64,000 bases of DNA from Mustelus asterias (GCF_964213995.1 NC_135823.1:1116001-1180000), one strand, 5' to 3'. Positions 9,622 to 23,185 are shown, counted from the stretch's first letter. The notes: generated by a model from the sequence alone, not told the origin. Program-made: numbers and translations.

Positions 9622-12600
9622 GGTTGGTTAGGGGGGTAAATTTGCTAAGGCCATGCAGGGAGGTTTAAACTGATTCGGGGGGGGGGGAGGGATCCTGAGT
9701 AGTGGGGCTGAAAGTGAGGGATGCATGGATGGGGACTGCAATGCACGGCATTGCAGAGGTGGGGTGGAGCAGGGTTTGAAATGTGTATACTTCAATGCCA
9801 GGAGTATTCGCAATAAAGTGGGTGAACTTGCAGCGTGGATCAGTACCTGGTACTTCGATGTTGTGGCTATTTCAGAGACATGGATAGAGCAGGGGCAGGA
9901 ATGGATGCTGCAGGTCCCGGGGTTCAAATGTTTTAGTCGAAGTAGGGAAGGAGGTAGAAGAGGGGGAGGGGTAGCATTATTGGTCAGAGATTGTATCACA
10001 GTGTCAGAGAGGAGGTTTGATGAGGACTTACCTGTTGAGGTAGTATGGGCGGAGATTAGAAATAGGAGAGGAGAGGTCACCCTGTTGGGAGTCTTTTATA
10101 GACCTCCTAAAAGTTCTAGAGAGGTTGAGGAAAGGATTGCGGAGTCAATCCTGCTTAGGAGTGAAAGTAATAGGGCAATTGTTATGGGGGATTTTAACTT
10201 GACTAATATTGACTGGAATTGTTATAGCTCTAGCTCGTTAGAGGGGTCAGTTTTTGTTCAAAGCGTGCAGGAAGGTTTTTTGACTCAGTATGTAGACAGG
10301 CCAACTAGAGGTGAGGCTATATTGGATCTGGTGCTGGGAAATGAGCCAGACCAGGTGCTAGACTTGGAAGTTGGTGTGCATTTTGGTGATAGTGACCACA
10401 ATTCGGTTACGTTCACCTTAGTGATGGAAAGGGATAGGCATGAACCTCGGGCCAGTGGTTTTAGCTGGGGGAAGGGTAATTATGAGGCTATTAGGAGAGA
10501 ATTAGGAAACATAGGTTGGACTAGGAGATTACAGGGACTGGGAACGTCCGACATGTGGAGTTTTTTCAAGGAGCAGCTACTGCGAGTCTGTGATAGGTAT
10601 GTCCCTGTCAGGCAAGGAGGAATTGGTAGGGCTAGGGAACCGTGGTGCACCAAAAAAGTTTCTTTGTTGGTTAAAAAGAAAAAGGAGGCTTATGTTCGGA
10701 TGAGACGTGAGCACTCGGGTAGTGCACTAGAAAGCTTTAGATTGGCTAAGAGGGAGTTGAAGAGCGAGCTTAGAAGGGCTAAAAGGGGACATGAGAAGAC
10801 TTTGGCGGATAGGGTTAAAGAGAATCCTAAGGCGTTCTATAGGTATGTCAAGAACAGAAGGTTGGTTAGGGCAAGTTTAGGGCCAGTTATAGATGGCAGA
10901 GGGAAGTTATGTGTGGAACCGGAGGAGATTGGTGAAGCATTGAACCAATATTTCTCTTCGGTGTTCACGCAAGGGGACATGAATATAGCTGAGGAGGACA
11001 CTGGGTTGCAAGGGAGTAGAATAGACAGTATTACAGTTGATAAGGAGGATGTGCAGGATATTCTGGAGGGTCTGAAAATAGATAAATCCCCTGGTCCGGA
11101 TGGGATTTATCCAAGGATTCTCTGGGAGGCAAGAGAAGTGATTGCAGAGCCTCTGGCTCTGATCTTCAGGTCGTCGTTGGCCTCTGGTATAGTACCAGAA
11201 GATTGGCGGTTAGCGAATGTTGTCCCATTGTTTAAGAAGGGGAACAGAGACTTCCCCGGGAATTATAGACCGGTGAGTCTCACTTCTGTTGTCGGCAAGA
11301 TGTTGGAAAAAATTATAAGGGATAGGATTTATAGTTATTTGGAGAGTAATGAATTGATAGGTGATAGTCAGCATGGTTTTGTGGCAGGTAGGTCGTGCCT
11401 TACTAACCTTATTGAGTTTTTTGAGAAAGTGACCAAGGAGGTGGATGGGGGCAAGGCAGTGGACGTGGTATATATGGATTTTAGTAAGGCGTTTGATAAG
11501 GTTCACCATGGTAGGCTTCTGCAGAAAATGCAGATGTATGGGATTGGGGGTGATCTAGGAAATTGGATCAGGAATTGGCTAGCGGATAGGAAACAGAGGG
11601 TGGTGGTTGATAGTAAATATTCATCATGGAGTGCGGTTACAAGTGGTGTACCTCAGGGATCTGTTTTGGGGCCACTGCTGTTTGTAATATTTATTAATGA
11701 TCTGGATGAGGGTATAGTTGGGTGGATTAGCAAATTTGCTGATGACACCAAAGTCGGTGGTGTGGTAGACAGTGAGGAAGGGTGTCGTAGTTTGCAGGAA
11801 GACTTAGACAGGTTGCAAAGTTGGGCCGAGAGGTGGCGGATGGAGTTTAATGCGGAGAAGTGTGAGGTAATTCACTTTGGTAGGAATAACAGATGTGTTG
11901 AGTATAGGGCTAACGGGAGGACTTTGAATAGTGTGGAGGAGCAGAGGGATCTAGGTGTATGTGTGCATAGATCCCTGAAAGTTGGGAATCAAGTAGATAA
12001 GGTTGTTAAGAAGGCATATGGTGTCTTGGCGTTTATTGGTAGGGGGATTGAATTTAGGAGTCGTAGCGTTATGTTGCAACTGTACACAACTCTGGTGCGG
12101 CCGCACTTGGAGTACTGTGTGCAGTTCTGGTCCCCACATTACAGGAAGGATGTGGAGGCTTTGGAGAGGGTGCAGAGGAGGTTTACCAGGATGTTGCCTG
12201 GTATGGAGGGGAGATCCTATGAGGAGAGGCTGAGGGATTTGGGATTGTTTTCGCTGGAAAGGCGGCGGCTAAGAGGGGATCTTATTGAAACATATAAGAT
12301 GATTAGAGGTTTAGATAGGGTGGATAGTGATAGCCTTTTTCCTCTGATGGAGAAATCCAGCACGAGGGGGCATGGCTTTAAATTGAGGGGGGGTAGTTAT
12401 AGAACCGATGTCAGGGGTAGGTTCTTTACCCAGAGGGTGGTGAGGGATTGGAATGCCCTGCCAGCATCAGTAGTAAATGCGCCTAGTTTGGGGGCGTTTA
12501 AGAGATCCGTAGATAGGTTCATGGACGAAAAGAAATTGGTTTAGGTTGGAGGGTCACAGTTTTTTTTTAACTGGTCGGTGCAACATCGTGGGCCGAAGGG

Positions 12601-12634
12601 CCTGTTCTGCGCTGTAATGTTCTATGTTCTATGT
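9622..12634 (+). mobile_element. CR1-clade LINE (HER1-like), 5'-truncated, intact ORF2, inserted in gene A 3'UTR
   Basis: ORF2 plus (ATGTTCT)n tail; its two flanks are contiguous in paralog C (57700-57800). Confidence 0.95.
9725..12544 (+). CDS. CR1 ORF2: APE-type endonuclease plus reverse transcriptase (939 aa)
   Basis: YFNARS, GDFN, SDH endonuclease motifs; YRPVSLTS, QHGF, DFSKAFD, GVPQGSVLGP, FADD RT motifs; uninterrupted. Confidence 0.95.
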   Translation: MDGDCNARHCRGGVEQGLKCVYFNARSIRNKVGELAAWISTWYFDVVAISETWIEQGQEWMLQVPGFKCFSRSREGGRRGGGVALLVRDCITVSERRFDEDLPVEVVWAEIRNRRGEVTLLGVFYRPPKSSREVEERIAESILLRSESNRAIVMGDFNLTNIDWNCYSSSSLEGSVFVQSVQEGFLTQYVDRPTRGEAILDLVLGNEPDQVLDLEVGVHFGDSDHNSVTFTLVMERDRHEPRASGFSWGKGNYEAIRRELGNIGWTRRLQGLGTSDMWSFFKEQLLRVCDRYVPVRQGGIGRAREPWCTKKVSLLVKKKKEAYVRMRREHSGSALESFRLAKRELKSELRRAKRGHEKTLADRVKENPKAFYRYVKNRRLVRASLGPVIDGRGKLCVEPEEIGEALNQYFSSVFTQGDMNIAEEDTGLQGSRIDSITVDKEDVQDILEGLKIDKSPGPDGIYPRILWEAREVIAEPLALIFRSSLASGIVPEDWRLANVVPLFKKGNRDFPGNYRPVSLTSVVGKMLEKIIRDRIYSYLESNELIGDSQHGFVAGRSCLTNLIEFFEKVTKEVDGGKAVDVVYMDFSKAFDKVHHGRLLQKMQMYGIGGDLGNWIRNWLADRKQRVVVDSKYSSWSAVTSGVPQGSVLGPLLFVIFINDLDEGIVGWISKFADDTKVGGVVDSEEGCRSLQEDLDRLQSWAERWRMEFNAEKCEVIHFGRNNRCVEYRANGRTLNSVEEQRDLGVCVHRSLKVGNQVDKVVKKAYGVLAFIGRGIEFRSRSVMLQLYTTLVRPHLEYCVQFWSPHYRKDVEALERVQRRFTRMLPGMEGRSYEERLRDLGLFSLERRRLRGDLIETYKMIRGLDRVDSDSLFPLMEKSSTRGHGFKLRGGSYRTDVRGRFFTQRVVRDWNALPASVVNAPSLGAFKRSVDRFMDEKKLV

Positions 12635-15600
12635 ACCGTAATTGTGCAAGAAATAATTCGAAATGTATCTTTGCCCCAGTTTCTGAAACATTCAAACAGG
12701 TTTTGAATATCAAATGTGAGCTGTGTGATTCCGATTTCTATAAGGGTTTCGAACAAATACGTTACCGGTGGCTTTCAGCTAAATTACGGAGACATTGTTC
12801 GGGTGAGTGTGTGTGCGTTGGAGGCGGGATTAAGGACTGACAAGGCATGTTAGCAACTGGTTTGCGATTTGGGCTGTATGAATATGTAATCTGCAAGATT
12901 AAATGTGTCTCGAGCCTTAACTGGATGTACCCTGGTATTGGACACTGGCATATTTAATCCTGAAAAAACATTATCTGCAATCCAATCTGCAATGGATATA
13001 TTCCCGCCCGATTATACGGGTAAGTGGATTTTATAAACTCAAAACTTAGAACTATGGCTATTTCCAGCACAGAAAGAGGCCATTCTGCCCCTCAAGCCAG
13101 TGTCATTTGTTTGAACTTGCAATTTAGTCTAAACTCCCGGCTTTCTCCCAATGCCCTTGAGAATTATTCCTCTTTCAAAACACCACCCTTTTAATGTTGA
13201 TTTGTTTCCCCTTAATTCTTCGTAAATGTTCGTACTTGAATGCCGAGGCTCTGGCCTCGCCGTATTATCGCCAGACTCGTAATTCAGAAAGTTACCTCAT
13301 GGGGAGCAGGGTTCATACCCCAACACGGCAGATGGTGAAATTTGGGTTATTTGCATTAAAAAATCTGGAATTAAGAATCTTATGATGACCGTTGGCGATT
13401 GTCGAAAAATAACACCTGGTTCACTAGTATGCTTTAGGGAAGAAAATCTGCCTCCTTACCCGGACATGTGACTTCAGAGCGACAGCAATGTGGTTGATTA
13501 TCAATTGCCCTCCAATGGCAAACAGTGATGGGCAATAAATGCAGGCCAGCCAACAATTCCCATGTACCACGAATGAATAAATAAAATCCATAGAGCTTGA
13601 AGCATAACCCATTGGCTTTAACTGCAAGAGGTTTGCTGGTGAACTTTGCAAACGTCATTTCTTCATTCACGTTCAAAGATCAGACAAATGAGTGAGTAAA
13701 TTTCAAATGATTTTTCACTGCGATGGTACGACTTGGTGCCAAGTGCGCATGCAGATACTTCTTAAAGGAAGTGAGGCAACCGACATCCAGCACCGTCCCT
13801 GCCTGCTCATTCCAGACCGTCACCATCCTCTCGGTAAAATATTTTTCCTCACATCCCCCCTAAACTTCCTGCCCCTCATCTTGAACCTATGTCCCCTCGT
13901 GACTGACCTTCAACGAAGGGGAACGGCTGCTCCTTATCCACCCTGTCAATGTCCCTCAGAATCTGGCACACCTCAATCAGGTCGCCGCTCAATATTCTCT
14001 GCTCCAACGAAAACGATCTAAGCCTATCAACTTATCTGCATAACTGAAATGTTGTATCCCAGGCAGCATACTCGTGAATCTCCTTCCGGTAATTCGGCAA
14101 CCAGAACTGCACACTATAGTCTAGCTGTGGCCTCGCCAAAGTTCTGTATGACACCAACACGACTTCCTCTTTTTCTAGGGATGGGAAGAGGTGGGAAAAA
14201 TTATTGTACTCAACACAGTTCATCCACCCCATGCGGATTTGAACTTCTCATCCACGAGGACAATTGTTTCTTGAGGAATGCAGGGGTTACACCCAATTCA
14301 CTCTTCCCAGAGAGCCATTCTCAATGCCAATCTCTTCTTCTGTGATAGGCTCCTGGCACCAGTCCTAAATTTGCCTTATAACATATTGCACTGTTGTATC
14401 CACGAGAACACTGGGGCAGATGGATTCCATTCGGCCATTCGGTGAGTTTGACCTACCTTGATGATCTGTATCTTAAATCCATCCACACTGTTCCATTCAA
14501 TAAACCTCCATCGCATTACCGAACATGATCTGAGTCTGATAGCTTTCAATTACAGCCCTCCCCAACCGTCCCCCACCCTTCCGCCTCAGCAGCTATTTGA
14601 AAATCAGAGTTCCAGATTATCCCACTCCTTTGTTTTAGGACGTATGAACAGGTCAACGTCCATAGAATCACCATGGTACACAAGGAGGCCATTCGGCCCA
14701 CAGAGCCAGCACCGAGAACAATCCAAAGCAGGCCCTATCCCCAAAACAATACGTCTTTATTTGCTAAACCCCTGACACTAAGGGGGGATTTAGCATCGCC
14801 AATCAACCTAACCTGCACATCTTAGGACTGCGGGAGAAAACTGGAGCACCCGGAGGAAACCAACGCAGACACGGAGAAAGTGTGCCAAGTGTGCCAGATT
14901 CGAACCCGGGTCCCTAGTGCCGTGAGGCAGCAATGCCAACCATGGTAACCGGTAGATTCTTCATTCGAGACATTTTTTCTTCAATTCAAATTCCACCATC
15001 TGCGGTGATGGGATTCGAACTTGGGTCCCCAGAACACTCGCTGAATTTCTGGATTAATAGCCGAGCGAAGATGCGATTCAGCCATCACCTCCCCATATGG
15101 TAGGAGTTTCGCTTGGAGACTAAATACCAGCTTGGAGGAGATTGTCCATGCTCCAATGATTAAGAGGACAATTGTTCCACAGAGAGATAGACAGGGAAAC
15201 AGACATTGGGAGAAACGATAACTAAACGTTCATTCCTCTTTCGAGTTTTCTTCAATCTGACACCTTCTGGTTGGAAACAGAATAAATGAAGGTATACGGG
15301 ATGAATTCAACACAACACTCGGTATGAGAGTGCTATCCCCTATGCTCAAGTCAATGACACAACCAGTAGTGCTGTTGAGTTCAGCAACGTATCCGCACTG
15401 CTCAAGAAAGGGCGGCAGTGCGGCACAGTGGTTAGCACGACTGCCTCACAGCGCCAGAAACGCGGGTTCGATTCCCGGCTTGGGTCACTGTCTGTGTGGA
15501 ATCAGCACGTTCTCCGCGTGTCTGCGTGGGTTTTCCCGAGGTGCTCCGGTTTCCTCCCACAGTACAAAAGCTGTTCAGGTTAGGTGAATTGGCCATGTTA

Positions 15601-15800
15601 AATTCTCTCTCAGTATACCTGAACAAACGCCGAAATGTGGCGACTGGGGTATTTTCACAGTAACTTCATTGCAGTGCGCCTGTAAGTCTACTTGTGACTA
15701 ATAAATAAATAAAATGTGCCTTTGCTTCACAGTCTGAAGCGCCTAATGAACCATCAGGTGTTTCTCTATGCGGGCTGAGATGTGACTGGGCTCCTGAACT

Positions 15801-15812
15801 GTAAACAGGAAA
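15801..15812 (+). promoter_or_regulatory. GTAAACAGGAAA motif, gene B promoter
   Basis: 220 nt upstream of the leader donor (223 nt in gene A); flanks homologous to 37160-37430. Confidence 0.5.
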
Positions 15813-15972
15813 CGCTGAGACAAAATAAAAACAGCGCTGAATTTTTCAGTTCTTTACCACTGCACGTAACCTCTGCAAAACGTGCACTTCCACCATGTTT
15901 TCCAGTCTCCGGGGGCCGAGGACTGAGTTACCAGGGAGAAAATCTGATATGCATATAAAAGCAAAAAGACAC

Positions 15973-16020
15973 AGGATCCCAGCCCCCGCGCTCCTCACTG
16001 TCCTGGGCACATCCTTGAAG
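15973..16020 (+). pseudogene. Gene B degenerate leader exon (xIPAPALLTVL.HILE G|gtttgg)
   Basis: Position relative to the promoter motif matches gene A; the ATG appears mutated to AGG and a 1-nt shift is needed to read through. Confidence 0.4.
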
Positions 16021-16117
16021 GTTTGGGTCATCTTCAGTTAGAGTGGCACTTTTGCAGAGTTAGCACCATTGAAATAGCAGACTGTTGTTCCAGTTTATAC
16101 TTTGTATAACTGAACGT

Positions 16118-16900
16118 TTTGATTTCATTTCATTTATTATTGTCACATGTTTTCGACACAGTGAAAATAATTGCTTCTTGTGTGCTACACGGGCAAGGCA
16201 CACTGTACAGAGAATACATAAGGGAGAAGGAAAGGAGAGAGTGCAGAATGTAGTGTCGCAGTCATAGCTAGGGTGTACATAAAGATCAACTTAATGCATA
16301 GTTGGTCCATTCAAAAATCTGATGGCAGCAGGAAAGAAGCTGTTTTGAATCGGTTCGTACGTGATCTCAGATATTAGTATCTTTTTCCTGATGGAAGAAG
16401 GTGGAAGAGAGTACATCGGGAGTGTGTGGGGTCCTTAATTATGCTGGCTGATTTTCCCAAGGTAGCGGGAAGTGTAGATGGAGTCAACGGATGGGAGGGT
16501 GTTTTGGGCGATGGTCTGGTCTAGGTTGACAACCCTTTGTAGTTTCTTGCGGTCTTGGGCAGAGCAGGAGCCATACCGAGCTGTGATACATCTGGAAAGG
16601 ATGCTTTATATGGTGCAACTGTAAAAGTTGGTGAGAGTTGTATTGGACATGCCGAATTTCCTTAGTCCTCTGGGAAAGTCGAGGCGTTGGTGGGCTTTCT
16701 TAACTGTAGCGTCGGCGTGGAGGGACCAGGACAGGTTATTGGTGATCTGAAAACTTGGAATGTTCAAGCTCTGGACTGTATCCACTTCACCCCATCTCCT
16801 CCACGACGCTTCCTGAAGTCGATGACGACCTCCTTCATTTTGTTGACATTGAGGGAGAAATTATTATCGCTGCACCAGTTCATTAGATTCTCCAACTTTC
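16118..16900 (-). mobile_element. Rex1/Babar-like LINE fragment
   Basis: Same family as 24236-25760. Confidence 0.7.
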
Positions 16901-17296
16901 TTCCATCACTCACCTCTTGATGAAGGAGTGAAGTATTTACAGCGGATCATAATCAATCACATGTCAATATACTCCAATCAATTGAAACAAAAGCCCCGTG
17001 TCTAATCACCTGGAATTTAAAGTATGCCATGGCCGTTGTTAGCAGGACGGCCGGAGAGTGGGCGCGCTTGTTGCCATATTTCTCCCTCAAGCAACATCAC
17101 AAAATACATTATCTGGATAGTAACATATGAAGTCTGAAAAGGAGTCGGCCATCACTCCTTCCAACTTGCTCCCCCACTCAATAATATCGGGGCTGACCCA
17201 ATTCCTGCCAATTGTCAAAAATCTAACAACCTTCCCATGAAAATATCTTTTAAAACATTCAAAGACTTTGTTTCCACCGGTTTCCTCGCTCCGTGT

Positions 17297-17520
17297 GTCT
17301 CTCTGTCTGTTTTTCTCTCTGTCTCTCGTTCTCTCTCTCTGTCTCTCTCTCTCTGTCTCTCTGTCTCTCTCTGTCTGTCTCTCTCACTCTGTCACTCTGT
17401 GCCTCAACTCTCTATTTCTCTCTCCCTCTCCCCCCGCCGCCCCCCCCCCCCATCTCTCTCTCCCTATCTCTCGCTCTCTCTCTGTGTATTTCACCTGCCC
17501 TGTCTCACTCTCACTCTCTA
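17297..17520. repeat. (CT)n/(CTGT)n low-complexity repeat
   Basis: Direct observation. Confidence 0.85.
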
Positions 17521-18519
17521 ACTGAACTTTTACTTGTTACGCTGTGAAAGCAATGGATTAGGGAAATAGAAATATCTGCATGGAAAAAGACGATAAAACC
17601 ATCAGATGTATGAGCCGAATTTGGCCATTCAGCCCATCGGGTCTACTCCACCATTCAATCATAGTTGATCGATTTCTCAACCCATTTCTCCCGCATTTTC
17701 CTTTGAACCTCTGATTCCCCCTACCGATCAAGAACCTGTCTATCTGTATCTTAAATGACCTGGACTCCACAGCCTTCTGTGGCAATGAATTCCACAGATT
17801 CACCACCCTCTGGCTGAAGACATTACTTCTCAACTCGGATCTAAAGGTCGTCCCTTCACTCTGAGGCTGTACTCTCGGATCATAGTCTTTCCTATTAATG
17901 GAAACATCTTCCCCACGTCCACTCTATCCAGGCCTTTCAGAATTATGTGAATTTCAATGATGTCCCCCTCATCCTTCTATATTCCATCCAGTACAGACCC
18001 AGAGTCCTCAAACCAACTCCCATATAGTTCGCATCTTAACACCGTGGAAGTTGCATGTGTGATGTGAGTGTACCCTGAAGATTTTTTATTAATTCATGCG
18101 CACAACCTGAGGTGATGTCATTGTTGGGAGGAAAAAAAACGATGTGCCGCTCAGGTCAAGGGCTGTCGTTTACAGTTTCAGTTTAGAGCTGAAATTTGGA
18201 GTTGAGTTTTAGAATGGACAGCAATCTGAAAAGAAGTGTTTTCCCTCTCTCCCTGTTGTTTTGAAAATTCTGTTGCTTTCCTGAAAGGTGAAAATCTGTT
18301 GTTCTGGGAGGGGGGGGGGGGGGAGCTGGACCAGAGTCTTTCTGATGTTTTGGGGAGCTGCCTTGTCTTCAAACTGTTTGGAGTGATTCCAGAGAACTGC
18401 AGACTTCAACCAAGGGACTCAAATTTCCATTCGTCACGTGGGCATTAGTCTGTGCTGTGTTCAACCTGTGAAAAGGGTCCATTGTCTATGGGAGGTTTTG
18501 GTTGTGATTGGGAAAGCTT

Positions 18520-19895
18520 ATCTATATTCATTCAGCGTTATACATTTTTCGTATTCAAATGCACCGTGGAAAGCATTATTTCTGGTTGTATCACAGCTTG
18601 GTATGGCTCCTGTTCTGCCCAAGACCGCAAAAGATCATGAATGTAGCCCAATGCATCACGCAAACTACCCTCCTATCCATTGACTCTGTCTACACTTCTT
18701 GCTGCCTCGGCAAAGCAGCCAGCATAATTAAGGACCCTACGCAAACCCAGACATTTTCTCTGCCACCTTCTTCCATCAGGAAAAAGATACAAAAGTCCGA
18801 GGTCACATACCAACCGACTCACAGATAGAGTCATGGAGTCGTAGAGGTTTACAGCATGGAAACTGGCCCTTCGGCCCAACTTGTCCATGCCGCCCTTTTT
18901 TTTTTATAACCCCTAAGCTAATCACAATTGCCCGCATTTGGCCCATACACCTCCATACCCATCGTACCCATGTAACTGTCTAAATGCTTTTTAAAAGATA
19001 AAATTGTACCCGCCTCTATAACTACCTCTGGCAGCTTGTTCCAGACACGCGCCACCCTCTGTGTGAAAAAAAATGCCCCTGTGGACACTTTTGTATCTCT
19101 CCCCTCTCACCTTAAACCTATGCCTTTGAGTTTTAGACTCCCCTACCTTTGGGAAAAGATATTGACTATCTACGTTGTCTATGCCCCTCATTATTTCATA
19201 GACCTCGATAAGGTCACCCCTCAGCCTCCTATGCTCCAGAAATCAAAGTCCCAGTCGATTGAGTCTCTCCTTATAGCTCAATCCATCAAGTCCCAGTAGC
19301 ATCCCAGTAAATCTTTTCTGCACTCTTTCTAGTTTAATAATATATTTTCTATAACAGGGTGACTCGAATTGCACACAGTATTCCAAGTGTGGCCTTACCA
19401 ATGTCTGGTGCAACTTCAACAAGAGGTCCCAACTCCTGTATTCAATGTTCTGACTGATGAAACCAAGCATGCCGAATGTCTTCCTCACCACTCTGACTCC
19501 AGAACAGCTTCTTCTCTGCTGCCATCAGACTTTTGAATGGACCTACCTCGCATTAAGTTCATCTTTCTCTACACGCTAGCTATGACTGTAACACTACATA
19601 GAAACCCTACAGTGCAGAAGGTGGCCATTCGGCCCATCGAGTCTGCACCGACCACAATCCCACCCAGGCCCCACCCCCACATATTTACCCACTAAACCCT
19701 CTAACCTACGCATCCCAGGACACTAAGGGGCAATTTTAGCATGGCCAATCAACCTAACCTGCACATCTTTGGACTACGTTCTGCATTCTCTCCTTTCCTC
19801 CTCTATGAACGGCATGCTTTGTCTGTACAGCGCGCAAGAAACAACACTTTTCACTATATGCTTATTCATGTGAAAATAATAAATCAACTCAAATC
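18520..19895. mobile_element. Nested cluster: Rex1-like (+) split by CR1 (-, 18826-19495) and a SINE (-, ~19600-19775)
   Basis: The Rex1 sequence resumes after each insert; CR1 ORF fragments LVRPHLEYCVQF on the minus strand. Confidence 0.7.
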
Positions 19896-20779
19896 ATCAT
19901 CATAGTGGTTGTTTTGTTTCTTATTCGTAATTGATAAAAGTTCTTGCTACTTTTCTGACAAGATATGTTGACTATATTCTTAACTAAACTTTGTTTGGTA
20001 AAAGCTCCCTCGTGGGTATTTTGAATCACTCCTGAAGGGAAACATCTCATGCTTATCCTAGCCAAATTCAAAATGCAAAACGCATGATTCAGGTGGGCTT
20101 CATAAAACACTTTTGAGTTCCTAACCTGAACCAGAACACGTGATACAATCAGAATGCGGCTGACACTGTGACAGATGTTAGCAGTATATCTCCGAAGGAC
20201 ACAGATGTGGGCAGGGAATCTCTTCATCACGGACTCGGTTGGAACAATAGCTCTGACGTCTCTTTTCCTCCAAAACACACAATTCTCACACTATGGATCG
20301 AAGCTAGGTTTGAAGTTAAAATGTTAAAAATCAAAACACACCTTGTAAAAAGTGCTTTTTCCAACTTTTTATTGATAAAATATCTCAAAGATCATGAAAA
20401 ACATGATAACGTGGACACCACAGGAAGTGACGAAACATTCAAGGTTTTCTGCATAGATCTCTATGAACTGTATGCTTTGTCTGTATAGCCCGCAAGAAAC
20501 AACACTTTTTACTGTATGCTGATACATGTGACAAAAATAAATCAAATCAAATCAAACATTATCGTGGTTGTTTTGTTCCTTTTCCGTAATTGATAAAAGC
20601 TCTTGCTACTTTTCTTACAAGATATGTTGACGTTGATAGAGCAGTATTCTGAGTTGCTTCAACGCAACGGAAAGGAAACTTCGAGGAATTTCAAATTGGT
20701 TAATGCAAAAAGGGTAAACTCTGAGTTGCTTCAGTACAATTGTTCTACATGGAAAATTCATTGGATATATTCCACATTC

Positions 20780-21375
20780 ATTGCATACATAAAGATATGT
20801 CACAGCTTGGAATGGCTCCTGCTCTGACCAAGACGGCAAGTGACCACAAAGAGTTGTGAACGTATCCCAATCCATCACACCAGCCAACCTCCCAGCTATT
20901 GACTTCGTCAGCACTTCCCGCTGCCACGGGGAAAGCAGCCAGAATAATCAAGGACCCAACGCACCCCAGGAATACTCTTTTCCACCTTCTTCCATCGGGA
21001 ACAAAGATATAAAATTCTGAGATCATGTAACAGCCGACTGAAGAACAGCTTCTTTCCTGCTGCCATCAGACTTTTGAATGGGCCTAACTTATTATAAGTT
21101 GATCTTTCTCGACAACCCCAGCTATGACTATAACACTATATTCTGCACTCTGTCCTTTACTTCTCCCCATGTTCTCTATGAACAGTATGATTTGTTTCTG
21201 TATAATGCACAAAAAACAATACTTTTGATTGCACGCCAATACATGTGGTTAATAAATCAAATCAAATATATCTACTCTATGAACGGTATGTTTTGTCGAT
21301 GTAGCGTACAAGAAACAATACTTTTCACTGTATCCCAATACATGTGACAATAATAAATCAAATCAGATCAATTCA
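20780..21375 (+). mobile_element. Rex1/Babar-like LINE 3' fragment
   Basis: Same signature in + orientation with a duplicated tail. Confidence 0.7.
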
Positions 21376-23125
21376 ATGCTGGCTTTTTGAGATTAACTAA
21401 ATTACGCCAATATCACGCGATTGTTCCATATTCGTACTGTTACCGATAAAGCAAGTTATATTAATGACTGATAAGGGCAAAATGTTAATGTCAGAACTGA
21501 ATCATAGAATGACACAGCCCAAACGGCGTCCATCCGGCCCTTCCTGACAGTCTTGGCTCTTTCAAAGTGATATAGAATGTGTCCCTATCTCCCTTGTTAT
21601 TTGTTTTGCCAATATCCTACAATATCTCCCCATGAACAATTTATCTAATGCCCCTTGTGAAAGTATCAATTTGATCTGCATCCCCATTTCAAATATTCCA
21701 AATCACAACCCATCGTGTTGTTAAAAAAAAACATTCACCTCCACAGTTCGTCATTGTTTGATCAGTTATCTTGAACCTGCGTCCTTCTGGTCCCCGACCT
21801 TGTGCCGTTGCAAATGTTTACTCCTCACTTTCTCCATGGACACTGCAGCGGGGAATTCTATTTTGGTGGCCGGATTATTTTAAAGTTTCTAAAATGTAAG
21901 ACAAGTTGGATAAACTCGGTTTGTTCTCACTGGAATGACGGAGGTTGTGGGGTGTCCTGAAAGAGTTCGACAAGATTATGAGCTGCATGAACAGAGTGGA
22001 TACTTCGGTGCTCTTTCCGAGGGTAGAACAGTTAAGTTCAAGTGGACATAGGTTTAAGGTGCGTGGGGAAAAGTTTAGAGGAGACGTGCGATAGAAATAT
22101 TTTACACAGAGAGTGGTGAATGTCTGGAACGCTCTATCCGCGTAGGTGATGGGAGCAGGTACGATAGCGGCATTTAAGGGGCAACGAGACGAATACATAA
22201 ATAGGATCGGCATGGAAGGATACGAACTCCCTAAGTGCAAACGGTTTTTGTCTCGGCAGGCACCATGATCGGCGCAGGCCTCGGGGGGCGAAGTGCCTGT
22301 TCCTGTGCTGTACCTTTCTTTATTCTTTGATCTTTGTAACTCTAGTTAGTAAATCTCGCAAAGATAAATGAAACTCTATTAAATGCGTGATAAATTTATT
22401 TTCACAACTAGTTTTGTTATAAACACATAAAAAATTTAAAGAACTGAAAACATACAAGAGACAAATATGGTACTTCGCCGAAGGAGGATCCAGTGATGCG
22501 ACAGTGCCTTCAGTTGCCTCCGCTGATGTCCACTCTCGTGCCAGAAATTTGAGCAATTATATAATTTAGTTATCTAAGTTACTAATCAACAATTAACTTA
22601 ACATGATCTCACCTAATAATTAACGTGTCAATGTATTCATGACAACACCATGATTCGAATGATGACATGACATTTAAAATATTGATCTGTCATTTGTTCT
22701 TTCAACTAACGGAAGTTCACTCCTTAAACAAAATGACTTCCTGGTTGCTTAGCAATACATTGCAATAATTTCAACTTGCTCAGCGTTTTGTGGGGAAGTC
22801 AAAACTAGTTAATCTGCTGGATGAGGGCCCGATCATCTGGCAGAATTCCCAGGTTGGACTCCCTTGTCCAATACAAAATTACATTAAATGTCCATTTAAT
22901 TAATGCATGACTTCATAATCATTCCAAAATTCAAGTTATATTTGCAGCAAAGTTTCATGTTTGAGGTAACTCAATGACGTAATCCGTCCTTGAGTTATAC
23001 AATATAATACTGGCAGGCTTATTAGCTGAACATTCATTTTGAAAATATCATTAATACATTGTTTAAAAGCCCATTTCTTTCTTAAAACTGATATTATTAA
23101 CTTGGCTATCTGTGTACCTGTGCTT

Positions 23126-23128
<3 letters not shown>

Positions 23129-23185
<57 letters not shown>

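Noticed and set aside
22472-22535. Minus-strand Ser/Thr/Pro-rich exon-like stretch (EWTSAEATEGTVASLDPPSA)
   Set aside because: Weak acceptor and no linked exons or homolog in the window
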